Below the pieces are notes generated by a model. It was not told where the DNA came from, searched no databases, and saw only the letters and a list, made by a program, of their open reading frames with translations. A DNA stretch of 64,000 nucleotides, taken from the NCBI GenBank assembly GCA_043228905.1, contig JBHGNT010000006.1:5952001-6016000 (forward strand), written 5' to 3'. The position numbers and the translations under genes were made by a program. Origin of the DNA: Azolla caroliniana (lineage: Eukaryota > Plantae > Polypodiophyta). Of the stretch, positions 1 through 12,837 are shown piece by piece (position 1 is the first letter of the stretch; every line of letters begins with the position of its first letter).

Positions 1-552
1 TTGTGGTGCCACAGTTAGAGGTAATACATCTTATTATGTTCCAACGCTACAATATTTTGCTTTCCATCTATTTTATTTGCTTATTGGAGTAATCCTATAC
101 ATAAAAGGAATGCCATGAGTTGAAATGACCACCTCGAAGAGCATGTCTCATGTTTTATAGGTCGTCAAGGACACCAAGTATGGTTTTTGAAGTATGGAAC
201 CATCATCTTGGTATCTGGGTTGAGGGATGTGAAGGTTGTCACAGCAGGGTGAGTCCAATTGCTCGGTAAGGGTTTCAGTTGACTCGATTCGTACGTTAAG
301 GTTCAGGCGCATGTCATCAATGTCTGGGTTTTTACCCAAATCGTCCAAAGTGGGCCAGAAATGGACAGAAAAACGCCATTCCTCATTGCAACAAATAACA
401 GGTTCAAGGCAAATGGCACGTCCAATGTGTGTGAATGACAGTAACATAATAATGTCATGTGGAGACTGTGAAGGCCTCACTAAAATCACTGCTACGAGCT
501 AAACCACCACTCTTCCCCGCAGGCAGGAGACACAGAGAAGAAAACAGTGGCG

Positions 553-904
553 ATGGAGGATCAGACGAAGGCGAAGCACAAGGTAGCCTCCAGAGGTGAA
601 GCTTCCCTCAAACAAAGTAAGCTCTCTCCCTCCCTCCCTCTCTCTTCTCTGTATTCATATCATCACCATGGATATTCGGAGGAAACCTAGAGCTTTTATG
701 TTTCTTTCGTGTCATTATGATAAATAGCTGTAAAACCATCTAAGTAATCGATACCAATTCTTAAGACACCTCGTGCATTAAGACTGTTATCATTACATAT
801 CTGTAGGGAATTTAGAAAATCAAAAGAGAACGTGAACGTAATAGAAAAAAGCATAAAGAAAAGGAAATAGTAGAAAAAATAAAAAAAGGAAACAATAGAC
901 AGAG

Positions 905-958
<54 letters not shown>

Positions 959-1507
959 ATGTCTTTTAAGAAGCCAAAATGGCCTATAAGACCAAACAAG
1001 AGATTATATCTTAAGTGTTGTCTTGTCTTTGAGAGCAACAAATCAAAATAAAATAAATATTACTCCGTAAATATAAAAGTAAATAAGATAAAAAAAGACA
1101 AGGGAAACTGGTTTTCGGCACATGTGAGATTCTCTAGCTAGATGTATTGTAACTTTTGTCTTCGAAAGATCTCTAGCATAGGTCGATCCAGAATGGAAAG
1201 GTCTCTGAAGCGAGGGAAGCACCTGCGATGGTGGGATAATGGCCTTTATTTGTCGATGACAAGGGTGTTGAGGTCGTGATCCATGGGGCCGGGGCATACG
1301 TGCACAACAAATTGCTATTGCCCAATCAATTGTAACCACTTTGTTATGTCCTGGTCGGGAGCCCATTTGTGTATCCCTTGATTGACTTGTAGCATTAGTA
1401 GGAGCGATGGGGGTAAAGGAGGTTGTGATTGTTCTTTGTGGATGAGCTTGTGTGGCTGTATTCTTCAACAACTTTTCCCGATGTCTCTTGAGCTCTAGCA
1501 AGAAAAG

Positions 1508-1547
<40 letters not shown>

Positions 1548-4500
1548 CATATACTTGATGCCAAAAATGGCCATGGAGATCACAAACATGGGTAAATTCA
1601 AGTAATGCATGTTCTTCTGATTCTTTTCCCTTTCCTTCTTCAAGCCGGAGATGCGTGCATACATTAATATATCTTTGCAGTTCTTAATCCTAAACTATAT
1701 AATTTCTCGAGACCTCAGAATTGCTTGTTGTTGATATTGTGAACTTTATGTATGTATTTGTTATCATGTCACGTTGTGGTTCTTGTTCCTAAATGCAACA
1801 TTTTTCTTAAATGTGAAACTTTGTTTCTGATTCATGCTTATTTGATGTTAATCAAACTAAAAATATGAAATGTGTAATTGCAATGATGTTTCTTAACCTA
1901 GTGACTTAAGTATGAATTTGGTAATGGAATCAGATTTTCGTAATCGAGAGGCAATTATAAAAATTGGTGATGCAATTGATGAACTTTGTTGTTGATACTT
2001 GCATGCTTAATATTAGCCTAGCTTTCAGTCTGAAACTTGTAATGCAAATGGTGTTTTACAAGAAGTCAATATTCATCTGTCTATTTTGCAGAATCACCAG
2101 CAGAGTTTTTCTCTGAGAACAAAAACATAGCAGGCTTTGATAATGTAAGCTATTCTATGGTTTGATTGTGAACAAGGTATAATGAAATAAAATGTCATAT
2201 CAACATCAATTAAATATCAAATGATCTATGAGTCCAAAATTATAACAATGTATTTGGCATATGATACTAATGTCAGGTTAAAGTCTAAATTATTATATAG
2301 AGAAGATTATCTCTTTTTGGTGGAGGCTTGGAGTCTTAAGAAAGACAAGTTATTGATAATTATTTGGAATGAAGGACATGGTCATGTCCATATTGCCACT
2401 CTAGCATAGCACACTCTACATTATTGAGTATTTAGGTTGGAAAGGCAGGCATAGATATTATATCACACAAACCCAGAAATATCGCAAGTCAACTACTCGA
2501 CACAGTTTTGGACTTGCATAGGAAATCCCTTGACTTATCTTGCATAAAAATTCCCTTTAATTGTCTTGTATATTTCTTGTAGACGCTAACTCATGCAAGT
2601 GAAAGCATCTCGATTAAGGATCGACCATAGTTTGACATGCTAACGATGTCCCTTAGATGTATATATTGCATCTTGCCTCGATAATGTATGTAGCTTTTGA
2701 TCTCGTAGGTCATGTTGGCCTTTTCAAGATGTTTATGTTGCATTTCATTTCATTTGTTTTATTTTATCTCTTTTAAGAAAGAAAATGTATTATTTTTTGG
2801 GTTCCATGGGGCATGAATGTGTATATATATGTGTCAATGCATCTATCTAACTTTCAGTTCAATTCACTCGCTCACTTGCATACACTTAATTTCTAGGCTG
2901 AAAAGATGTTTGTATTGGAATTTGGGATTCTAAATGACTTATTTTATTACAGCCAGGTAAGAGTCTGTATACAACTGTAAGAGAACTTGTGGAAAATGCC
3001 CTTGATTCAGCCGAGTCTATTGCAGAACTCCCCGTGATTGAAGTAACAATGTGAGATTTCTCATTGACATTACTCATGCATTTGATTGTAATTGTTTGTG
3101 ACACTGAAAAGTTGGCCAACTGACTTTTATGGGCAGTGAGGAGATCAGCAAATCTAAATTCAATACTTTAATTGGCCTCATAGATCGGGAAAGAATTGAT
3201 GCAGAATTGTATGATGATTATGAGACTCAGAAAGCACGAGATGTGAGTGAACTGTAATTAGTCTTGATAATATGTTGCAGTATCTCACAAATCGTAAATA
3301 CAAAAACTTGGAATGTTTGTGCAGAAACGCCTAGCTAAGGAGGCTAAGGAACAAGAGAAGCAAGCTAAAATCGTAGCATCTGGTAAAAAGGTAAAAGAAA
3401 CCGTTGCAAAAAAAACTCTGAAATCACGAGGAGAATCTTCCTTTTTCAAAGTGACTTGCAAGGTACAATTTTTCAAAACAAGATTTTGCTGGTTGGAAAG
3501 TTCATGGTCTCTGAAATGATATTTATAAATGTTTTTGTACTTTGTATTATCCAACTCTAGGACAATGGGAAAGGAATGCCTCATGATGACATTCCCAATA
3601 TGCTTGGTAGAGGTATTTCTCTTTTTCTCGTATTATCATCATCCCCTTCTGACACAAAAGAAATTAAGAGCTGGGCAGCAATTATAAAGTGTTTGCGTTC
3701 TTTGCACTTAAGTGATCTTAGTTCTCTTACATCCCCCCAAACATTGTCCTTACAGAATGATTCAATACTCTTATGCATATTGTTGTCTAATAATGTGTTT
3801 CTTAATGTTCATTACAATTGATTTGTTTTGTGAACCTACTAAATTCCTAGCTTTGACATTCCAATTCATGCATGAAAGAAAGATACATTGACATCTTTTA
3901 AGATGTGAAAATGGCCTATAAGTCCAATTAAGAGATTGCATCTTAAGTGTTACTAAGACAAAAAAAGAGATAAAAAGAGATAAAAAGAGACTAAAGAATC
4001 TTGTTATTGGTACATGTAAAATTCTCAAGTCAGAATCTTCGAAAGATCTCTAACATAAGTTGATCCAAAATGGAGAGGTCTCTGAAGCGTGGGAAGCAAA
4101 TGTGATGGTGGGAAATAATAGCCTTTATTTGTTGAGGACATGGATGGTAAAACCATGGTCCACGAGGCTGGGGCATACGTGCACAACAAATTGCTATTGC
4201 CCAATCTATTGTAACCCCCTCGTTATGTCCTGGTTGGGAGCCCATTTTTGTAGCCCTTGATTGACTTGTAGCATGTAGGAGTGATAGGCTAAAGTAAGTT
4301 GTGATTATTCTTTGTTGATGAGTTTGTTCATCATGATTTCGTGTTAGTTAACCTCACAAAGCATATTTGCTTTTACGACAACATAGTAATGATAATAGAT
4401 TCTGTAATTAACAAGGCTTTATCTTCTAAACCTCATTTTTCAAAATAAATTCTCGATGCTTGAACGAATCATTTGAGATCTAAACAAATTTGAGAATTCA

Positions 4501-7500
4501 AAATTAAGTGGTTTGATCAACTGGCATGATACCACTTGGGAGAAAGAGCACGTTCTAGAATCTAAATTCCTTGATTTTGGTTTGTCATTGCTAAGAATGC
4601 AATGAGTACATCAAAGGCATAACCTTAAGGTTCAATTCCAAAGCCAATTTTAATGGTTCAATTCTTGGATGTGGGACAAACCCATAAGGACCTATGACAT
4701 GTGTAAACACGTGGTGGTTGGGAACTTTAGGTGTTGGGCTGTATGAAGGGGGCTGGCTATACCCCCTTCATTATGACATCTTGAGATGTTGTTTAGACTC
4801 TACTGGTGAGGGTAAGCTTTCTTCTTTGGATTGGTTAATCAATTACCAAGGTATAACATAAGGTAACATTTGGTGGTATGGAATACCAATGGTATTTCAT
4901 GTTTCTCATGTCTATCATTCAAGGGATGTACATGTGGTTAAGCACCTTTAATCCATTTTTTTCCCTTAATGTCTTACTGTAATGCTCATCATTAGTACAA
5001 TTTGTAACAGTTTTGACTTTCAAACCAAATTGTTGAGCACGTGGAGATGTGTATCCATCCTCCCATGTAAAACGAGGGTGGATGAAAGAAAGAAAGATAT
5101 ATCAACAAGAAATTACATCTTCAAATGGCCTATAAAACCAAAAAAATAAATTACATCTTAAATGTTGTCTCCTCTTTGAGAACAACACACAAAAACAAAT
5201 GTAACTAAGTATAAAGCAAAAGTGACTAAAGAAACCTGTTATGTATGAATTTAAGATTTTCAAATTAGGTAGATTTTAACTTTTGTCTTCGAAAGATCTC
5301 TAGCATTCCAGAATGGAGAGATCTTTGAATTGAGGGAAGCATCTGTGATGGTGAGATATAATGGCCTTTATTTGTTGATGAAAGGGTGATAAGAACATGG
5401 GCGATGAATCTGGCGCCTATCTGTATGAAATTTTTTTATAGCCCAATTTATTAATACATAACCCCTTTGTAATGTTGTATTCGGTAGCACAAGTAGTAAT
5501 GATGGGGCTACAGAAAGTTGTAATTATTCTTTGTTGATGAGATCGTGTGGTTGTATAGGCTCTTCTAATTCTTCTTGTGTTTCTTGAGTTCTAGCAAGAA
5601 TAAACGCCAGCACCTTGGTTCTCGTATACCAGTACCTTGCATAGTAGGCTTTGCTTAAAGAGGCAATGGTATCTCCCTCTTATTTCTTAAAAAAACTGTA
5701 AAGTGGGAAACAGAGTATTTTTCAGATCCATTCCTCAATAACACAATTGGCAGATCCTTTCCTCCAGATGTGTGAGTGCATATTTGTCTACCTCAATTTC
5801 TAACTAATGTGAAGAGGTTTTTTGCTGCCCTCTCACACTACGTAGTGCATGGGATAGATGTATGTCCATATAAGAGGGCCTGATGATAAATCCATCCTCG
5901 GAGGTGTGTAAAAAGTATGTCTTGTAGTGAGGAATCTTCCTAGCAAGAGATGTGTCACTGGTTCATATTCATTCGTTATCCAATTAGATCATATCAGTTT
6001 GAATCATTCTATTCTTTTCCATTTAGTCATGGGTTGATGGGGACAATCCAAGCTATATTGGAATGGCGTAACACATTTATGCTTATGCTTAGTGACTCGA
6101 ACCATTGTTATGTGTCAGCATAACAACAATGATTATTGCCGTGTTCAACAACTTGTTGTGATGACATAACTGCCACCATAAGTACCTTCATTCTGGGAGC
6201 TCCTAAAGCTGTTGGATACTGGTCATTAATTGAAATAAGGCCTCGATTATTATTGGGGCTGCTCTCATCTGTGTTCAAATTATAAAATGGGGCACTGATG
6301 CTTTGGTCCTTATAATGGGCAATCATTGAGACTGCATGTCTCCCAAATCTTTCAGTTATTTGACTTGTAAATACTTAGTGCTAGTGTAAGGGTAACCTCC
6401 TATAAGGATACCCAAGGCCTATGAATGTTACTTTTAATTTTCCTCTCCCAAGAAGAATTCTGGTTCTGATATTGGTACCCATGCTTAGTGGTGTTAAACT
6501 CCATTACTTGAGTTTTTCTAGGTTTACTGAAAAATCTTTATCTGTACAAAATGATTTTTCAAGGCATTTAATGTCTTTGTAGTCCCGTGGGAGAGTCTGA
6601 GATGAGCACGACGTCATGAGCATATAGTAATGTTGGTGATAGTTGGCATTTTTATTTTACTCCAATTGTACTAGCTATAGCCTCTGACAACCCATTGGGA
6701 GATGGGCCTTTTCCTAACATGGATTCATAGTGCATAGATTGCCCATTGCATACATATGGAGACATCAAGGGCATCTAGCAGCCACATGAATCAAGTGCAC
6801 AGATCATGCTGATGGCTTTTTAGAGATCCACTAAATAGCAATAAATTCTCGTTTGATGGGCTTTTCATCCTCATTAAGGGCATGGAGGGTCAATACATGA
6901 TGCAAAGTATATTTTCCTATCCAATACCTGTGTGTCTATCCTCTTTGCCTACACAATTCTGACTCTTGGGTTGAGCCATATAGTTTAGTGTAGTAATGTT
7001 ATAGCTGCATTTGTGGAGTAAAAAATGTGGATTCACATAGATGTGAGCCATATAGGTGGGGGAGCAAGAGCTGCCTAGGGATACCGTATAGTACATTTGC
7101 ATATTCATGCCACACTTGAATGAGTCAATTACGATGCTATGCATTACATAGTTATTGAGGAAAGGTTAATGAAACCACTAAAAAGAAGTGGGAAGATGCT
7201 AAAAAGACAAATTTAAAGTATTACATTGCAAACATCAACCCTGAATGTTGGGTTCTGTTGGGATAACTGGTCCCTCTGGATGGGATGAGTTGTAGAGCTG
7301 AATCGGATGAAGGTCGGCATAGACCTGAATGCCGACTAGGCCGTAGCTGATTAGAGGCTACATTTGTAAATAGCCCATACTTGTGTATACGTATAAATAC
7401 ACGAAGGGAAAATCATTATGTTAAGATGTACAAAGTTGTTACGTGTGTGTGTATTGTGAGTGAGCAAAGTGCAGAGAGAGTGAGTGTTGTTGTAACTGTA

Positions 7501-10500
7501 AGATGAAGACGAGCTTGAGGTTGTTGCCTTGAGTCTCTTGTATACTCATCCACTTAGTCATTCTGTTTGGAGGTTGTGGGCTCCTGTGGTTTTTCCAATT
7601 CAGGGTTTCCATGTTAATATCTTGTGTCTCTGTGTCCACGCATTCTTTGTCTTCAGGGGTTTCGGTTATTGTTTTCTCATTGTACTTGTGAACCGCTTGT
7701 GGCCGATCACATATTCTCTTCAGGTTCAATATAAGGCAAGAATGCCTATCGATCGTATTCAACCTTATATCATTACCATTTTACCAACATGAGTATTAAC
7801 TCTCATAGAGCTCTCACACTCCTTTGCACTCAATAACACAAGGTAGGTATTGAAGTTGCATTATGGCATCAAAATGCTTCAAATATAAAGGCATATAAGG
7901 TATGGCATTAAAGGCTTATTCACACATATTCACTTTGTGCTTCGAAATATGAATATCCCTTCTTAAAAAGGAAACTTGTGTACTCAGGTTCCATCACTTA
8001 GTCCTCGTCTCTTTATGGATGATAATAAAAGCATATTATCTGATCCATTATGACAAACCATTATATATCACAAATCCATGTGCACTTCCCAAGGCTAGAA
8101 ATTGTTTGCCATATTCTGTTACTTCACTCATAGATTCTCCATACATGACCTCACTTGTGTCAAACATAGTTGGTTCGTCTCCTAATAGTATTATATCCCC
8201 TAGAAATCTCATCATATCATTGGATCATGGTAAATATGGTGATTCTTTAAGAGGTGCAAACCTCGCTCGAATATAAAGGTGGAAAGTAGCAATCGCAATG
8301 TATAGCTCTCTAAGATCTCTGTTGATTTTTGTTTACGTATAACACACTTCTGCTTCCTTATGGACAACATGCACTGTCATGGAGATCCTTTTTGTACAGT
8401 ACAAGCATTCCTCCAATGCCTCTAGTGCATATTGGTATCCTTTGTTTAAGAGCGACATGCTGACTTCCATCCATATCCTTGTGCATTGGGAAATGTACTA
8501 GCAATGCATCTCCACAATGCAAAATGTTTGGCTTCCATTGTCGTTTACTTACAAATAAGCATGCCAATGTCCTGTGCATGTCATATTGTTATTTCTATTG
8601 ATAAATATTTTGCGCTTCTTTTTGAAGATAAATTGTCCGTTGAATAGATTTCATTGCCATTTCGTAGAAAAAGGGTTTCAGAATGTCACAATGATCTATA
8701 TGTAAGAATTTCTTGTGCTCTTGTGATGGGATGCAGTTCTCTCTGGTACAAAGTATGGCCTCAGGCAGACACGAGGGAAATTTGGATTAGGAGCTAAGAT
8801 GGTAATAATAGACTCGAACGTAAACCAATCTTGATTTTAGCCATTTTCATGTTGTTACCCACCACACTTACTGTAGTTTTACCAGTATATTCACTCCTTT
8901 GCTGAGTAGATCCAAAATTCTATTTTGCAGGCATTGATTTGGGCAAAAATGAGTACAGGATTACCTATTGATGTAATAGCTTCAATGAAGGGGCAGAATT
9001 TTGTCTCTCACTGCATCCTGGATATAGATATTCACAAGTATGTTTCATGATTGAATGCATATAATTATGCTGGCATGTAGACATTTATAGGTTTAAATTT
9101 TGAGATATCTTTTGGTGTGACTGAATGTACTTAGCCTCATATTTCTCTGAGAAAGTTTTCTAATTGCATCAGGAACATCCCACATATACACTTACATGAG
9201 AAGAAAGAGAATACATCAAAATGGCATGGTGCAGAACTTTCAGTTACTATCGAGGGAAACTGGACAACTTATCGTGTAGTTCTTTGTTCCACTCTTCTCT
9301 GTGGCCTTTTTCTCATACTCATCTGGCTAAATATGACTGATGCTTCTTCTTTTTCTGCATGTATTCTTAGTCTAAAATTATCAACTATATGCGCCAAATG
9401 GCAGTGATTACACCCTATTCTGAGTTCCTTTTCAGATACATCACAGAAACATCAGAGTAAGGATTGTTTTTTTAATAGTATTTACAGATTATTTTGTTTA
9501 TCTTTGTTTGGTGACAGGGGCTGCAGATATCGTGCTAACCTGTTTGAAAATATTCCCGTTAATTTTTGTATTGGTGCTAACATTTTTTAGAATTCTGATT
9601 GTCGATATGCTTATGGACAGCAAAAATATGACCATTCGGTTTACACGACGGACAGATGTTATGCCTCCTGCACCGGTGGAGACCAAGTTTCACCCATCTG
9701 CGGTTGATCTCCTTCTTATAAAACGCCTAATCACTGAAACAACAAAATTGAACCTCATCCAGTTTCTTCAGCATGAATTTACTAACATTGGCAAGGCATA
9801 TGCTGAACGCCTTATCGGTATGATGGAATCAAGAGAATCGGGAAGTGAAGTGGATGCCCATACACGTCATTTTCATTTACTAGCTGTCATATATTTTTCC
9901 AGGAGAGATGGGTCCTGACTTTTCACCAAAGATGCCTGTGAAATCCTTGACAGGCCAGCAAATTGTTCGTATCCATCAACTCTTTCGACAAGCAAAATTT
10001 GATGAACCAAGTGGAGAGGTATAGTAGATTACACTGTCCCCCATAAAGGGAAATTTTTCTTCACGGCCATTTTGTAATCATCTCATTGTATCTCCTTGAT
10101 TTATCAATTTTACTTGCATCAGATGTGCATGATAAAATTGATGACCTTGCACTTTTTAGCTTGTCTTCATATTTCTATTTTTTGCATTCCCTTTCTACTT
10201 TTGAGGGGTTCTTTTTATCTTGGGAAATGTCCATCTACATCTTTATAAGTTATTGTATATGTAGATCTTATACTGAAGATGCCAATCATGATATATTGCA
10301 ATCTGTAAAGAAGTTCACAATCAAGATGCATTACTAAATGAATGTTGCTTGTCAGTGCCTCAGCCCAGCAGGGGAATATAACCTGAGACTTGGTATATTA
10401 AAGGAGTTGCATCCAGATATGGTTGCTACTCATCAAGGCAGGTAAAAATCTCAAGATCTCTCAACGATAGCTCATATTTATTCTCAGGACCGTGTTCTCT

Positions 10501-11829
10501 TCTTAGGATGCTTTTAGAATCAGAAATGCATTTTTTTCTTACGTCATTCCTGTTGCCTTATTTCTTGCATATCCATCAGTCCGCAGGTATTTGAAGGACA
10601 TCCATTTATTGTTGAAGCTGGTGTTAGTATAGGAGGCAGGGATGTGAAACCGGTAATAAATATGTTGTTTGATAAAAAAACCTTACGTAACAGTTGTTTA
10701 CTGTCAGTAATGTTTCATACAGGGCCTGAATATATTTAGATTTGCAAATAGGATACCTTTGCTGTTTGAGCAGGGAGGTGATGTTGTAACACGGACAGCA
10801 ATGAAGCGCATAAAGTATGTCTCCTAGATTATTGGAGTGATTAAGTGCAAAAGCTTGTGTTGTTGGTAGATCTTTTATTGGGCATGCAATCACTACTTGA
10901 AAATAATGTCGCAGCTGGAGCAATTATAAGATCAAAGAGAACCAGGATAAGGTTGGAGTTTTTGTAAGCATTGTAAGTACAAAGATACCTTTCAAAGGAA
11001 CTGGTAAAGAATACATTGGAGATGATGTGGAAGAAATCGCTTCTGCTGTGAAGGTTAAAAAGCTGAAATCTTAGCTGTCTCACAAATTAAATTTGAAGAT
11101 CTAAGGCGTCCTAGCTATTCTATGAACTTTTCATAATATGTTTCTTTCATCTATTGCAGATGGCCATTCAGCAGTGCTGCAACCAATTGAAAGCAAAAAT
11201 TACAAGACAACAAGCTGCATGGGACAAGCAAGAGAGAAAGAAGGCTTTAGTGAAGTACATGATTGAATCTGTATTTTTTGTTAGGTTTCATGCGAGCAAG
11301 TTCTGATATGGCTAATATTTGTATTATAACAGGTACATTCCTGGTGTTTCTCGGGCTATATATGATACTTTGCTGACAATGTCAGAGCATCACAAGTCCA
11401 AGAGACAGAAATATGACGAAGAAGATAAGGAGCTCCTTGAGAAGGTTGCTTCGCGTGATGTCACAGAAGGTTTAATTAAACAGAAGTTGAGTCAACATGT
11501 GGATCAGGTACACCTATTTCTTTCGACTTTTTTTATCTTTGTAGAATTGTCTAGATTTCAAGTTACTTTCAAAATTACCTGTGCATGCATGGTCAGAGAT
11601 GAAGGTTAATAAGCTATAATGGTTCGTATACATACTAATAGCTTGAAAGCACTTTTTATGGTTCCAGATGGACATAGAAATGGCATTGGAGTATGCAACT
11701 CAAAGTGGGATGGTGGGAGCAGCTAGGGAATCCATCTTTTTGCATTGCTTAGAAGAGAAGCAAACCTTTCTAACTGATTTGCATAGTCCTGTTGGTGTCC
11801 TCAGACTGTTTTCTGGATGCGGAATATAA
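553..11829 (+). CDS. TOP6B: DNA topoisomerase VI subunit B (TOP6B/BIN3), 19 exons, ~668 aa
   Basis: Exons: 553-616, 2092-2144, 2953-3050, 3137-3242, 3325-3462, 3561-3612, 8737-8801, 8931-9037, 9173-9275, 9371-9456, 9621-9817, 9903-10018, 10356-10441, 10580-10652, 10723-10814, 10915-11053, 11160-11254, 11333-11507, 11668-11829. All introns are GT-AG and the total of 2007 nt is in frame. GHKL and Top6B motifs: SPAEFFSENKNIAGFDN, TTVRELVENALD, DNGKGMP, LSGTKYGLRQTRGKFGLGAKM, RFANRIPLLF, STKIPFKGTGKEYIG. Confidence 0.96.
956..1513 (-). mobile_element. 5'-truncated 3' end of a LINE family (copy 1), in TOP6B intron 1
   Basis: Similar by eye to 3870-4330 and 5080-5610 (shared aaaatggcctataa, cttcgaaagatctctagcat, gggaagca..tgatggt). 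Bounded by (GA)n tracts at ~909-955 and 1514-1543. Confidence 0.65.
3870..4330 (-). mobile_element. 5'-truncated 3' end of the same LINE family (copy 2), in TOP6B intron 6
   Basis: Shares GSxPGHN..VTIDWAIAICCARMP..QIKAII with copy 1 (ORFs 4030-4245 and 1043-1564). Short (CTTT)n-type tail on the minus strand at ~3872. Confidence 0.65.
4615..4820. repeat. Short dispersed repeat family, copy A
   Basis: Shares cataacc..aatt..aattttaatgg, gggacaaacccataaggacctatgaca and ttcatta..atcttgaga with 18304-18610 and 25200-26395. Confidence 0.6.
5080..8580 (-). mobile_element. Degenerate LINE (APE endonuclease + RT; RTE/L2-like), interrupted by a solo LTR
   Basis: Minus-strand remnants: APE-like 'LYIA..YFPP' (~8310-8278) and 'GDIILLGD' (~8200-8175); RT 'ASTIGVK' and 'PTLLYAHDVVLISDSPTGLQRH' (YADD motif, ~6636-6570); 'SVNLEK'. 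The 3' end matches copies 1 and 2 and has a short-repeat tail. Many stops and frameshifts. Confidence 0.7.
7256..7722 (+). mobile_element. Solo LTR with 5-bp TSD GGTTC
   Basis: TG...CA termini; GGTTC at 7251-7255 and 7723-7727; TATA-like tataaata at ~7392; collinear similarity to 19279-19803. Confidence 0.85.
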
Positions 11830-12020
11830 ATAAAATCTCTTTTGATAGAAATACATGCAGGCAGTTGACAGCTCAATATAGCACATACTTGAGGAGTAAT
11901 TTAATTTTCCAATGGCTTGGATGCGGAATATAAATAGAATCTCTGTTTGATAGAAACCCAGCAAGCAGTTGACAACTAAATAGCACACATATTTGAGGAA
12001 TAGTTTAATTTTCCAATGAG
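11815..12020 (+). repeat. ~104-bp diverged tandem duplication spanning the TOP6B stop codon
   Basis: ggatgcggaatataaata...gcagttgaca...ttaattttccaatg occurs at ~11815-11914 and ~11919-12018. Confidence 0.8.
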
Positions 12021-12837
12021 CATCTAATTGTTTATAAATGTAGTTGGTATTGAAGTTCCACATGTATCATCAACATCAAAATGTTATATTAACTCACACC
12101 AATTAATGGTCTGTTCTGAAATGTAATTTTTGTAATGTAATGATCAAGTGATACCAAACTTTGGCATTGATGGACAATTTATAGAGTATGATATTGTCAG
12201 ATATGTTTTTTGAAATAGAATGATCAAGTGATACCAAATGAAATAGATTGGAGAGTTAATAAGATCCAAGTGATACTCTACTTGGTCATATAATAATGTG
12301 TTAATAACGAAATTTGAAACAAAATTCGACAATCCATTACTTTATCAGAACTGATAGTTAACCTTTAAAGGAATAAAAAATGTAATCTTGAACCTTTAAA
12401 AAATAAAAAAATGTCATTTTTCTTACTCCCAAGCATTATTTCACCAATTATTTGTATAATACTAACATCGCCTATAACTTCTAATTTTCACTAGTCACTA
12501 TTCCTCAAGTGTTCTTGTTTTAAACACTGAAACAGAAATCAGACACTAGTTTCTATTCCTGAAATGCTGTTTGAAGCCGGTTCTGTATAACTACTGCAGC
12601 AACATTAAATTTCTTTGTCGTAAAAAATCAATCTGCCCTTCACTTTACAATTCCCAGCTCAGTTGCCATCTCCAGAGCTTTCAAATGCCTGCATATTTTC
12701 CAAGCCTGCCATATAACTAATCTTCGAACTACCAGCAGTATTTTGGAAATTTCCACATGAAGAATTTGACACTATTGACTCTCAAGGTCAACAATATGTG
12801 GGTGTTGAGTCACTAAATCATGCTATTAATTGAATTT

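Noticed and set aside
148-502. ORFs and a possible exon (161-248) upstream of TOP6B
   Set aside because: No recognisable protein and no partner exons within the window.
6917-7144. ORF with SLGSSCSPTYMAHIY, resembling a Penelope RT motif
   Set aside because: Adjacent sequence has LINE-type LLYAxDVVL and APE motifs and no GIY-YIG domain, so a chance resemblance inside the LINE is more likely.
553-11829. Meiotic MTOPVIB or a horizontally acquired archaeal topo VIB
   Set aside because: Fully conserved GHKL motifs and 18 spliceosomal introns indicate the canonical plant TOP6B.
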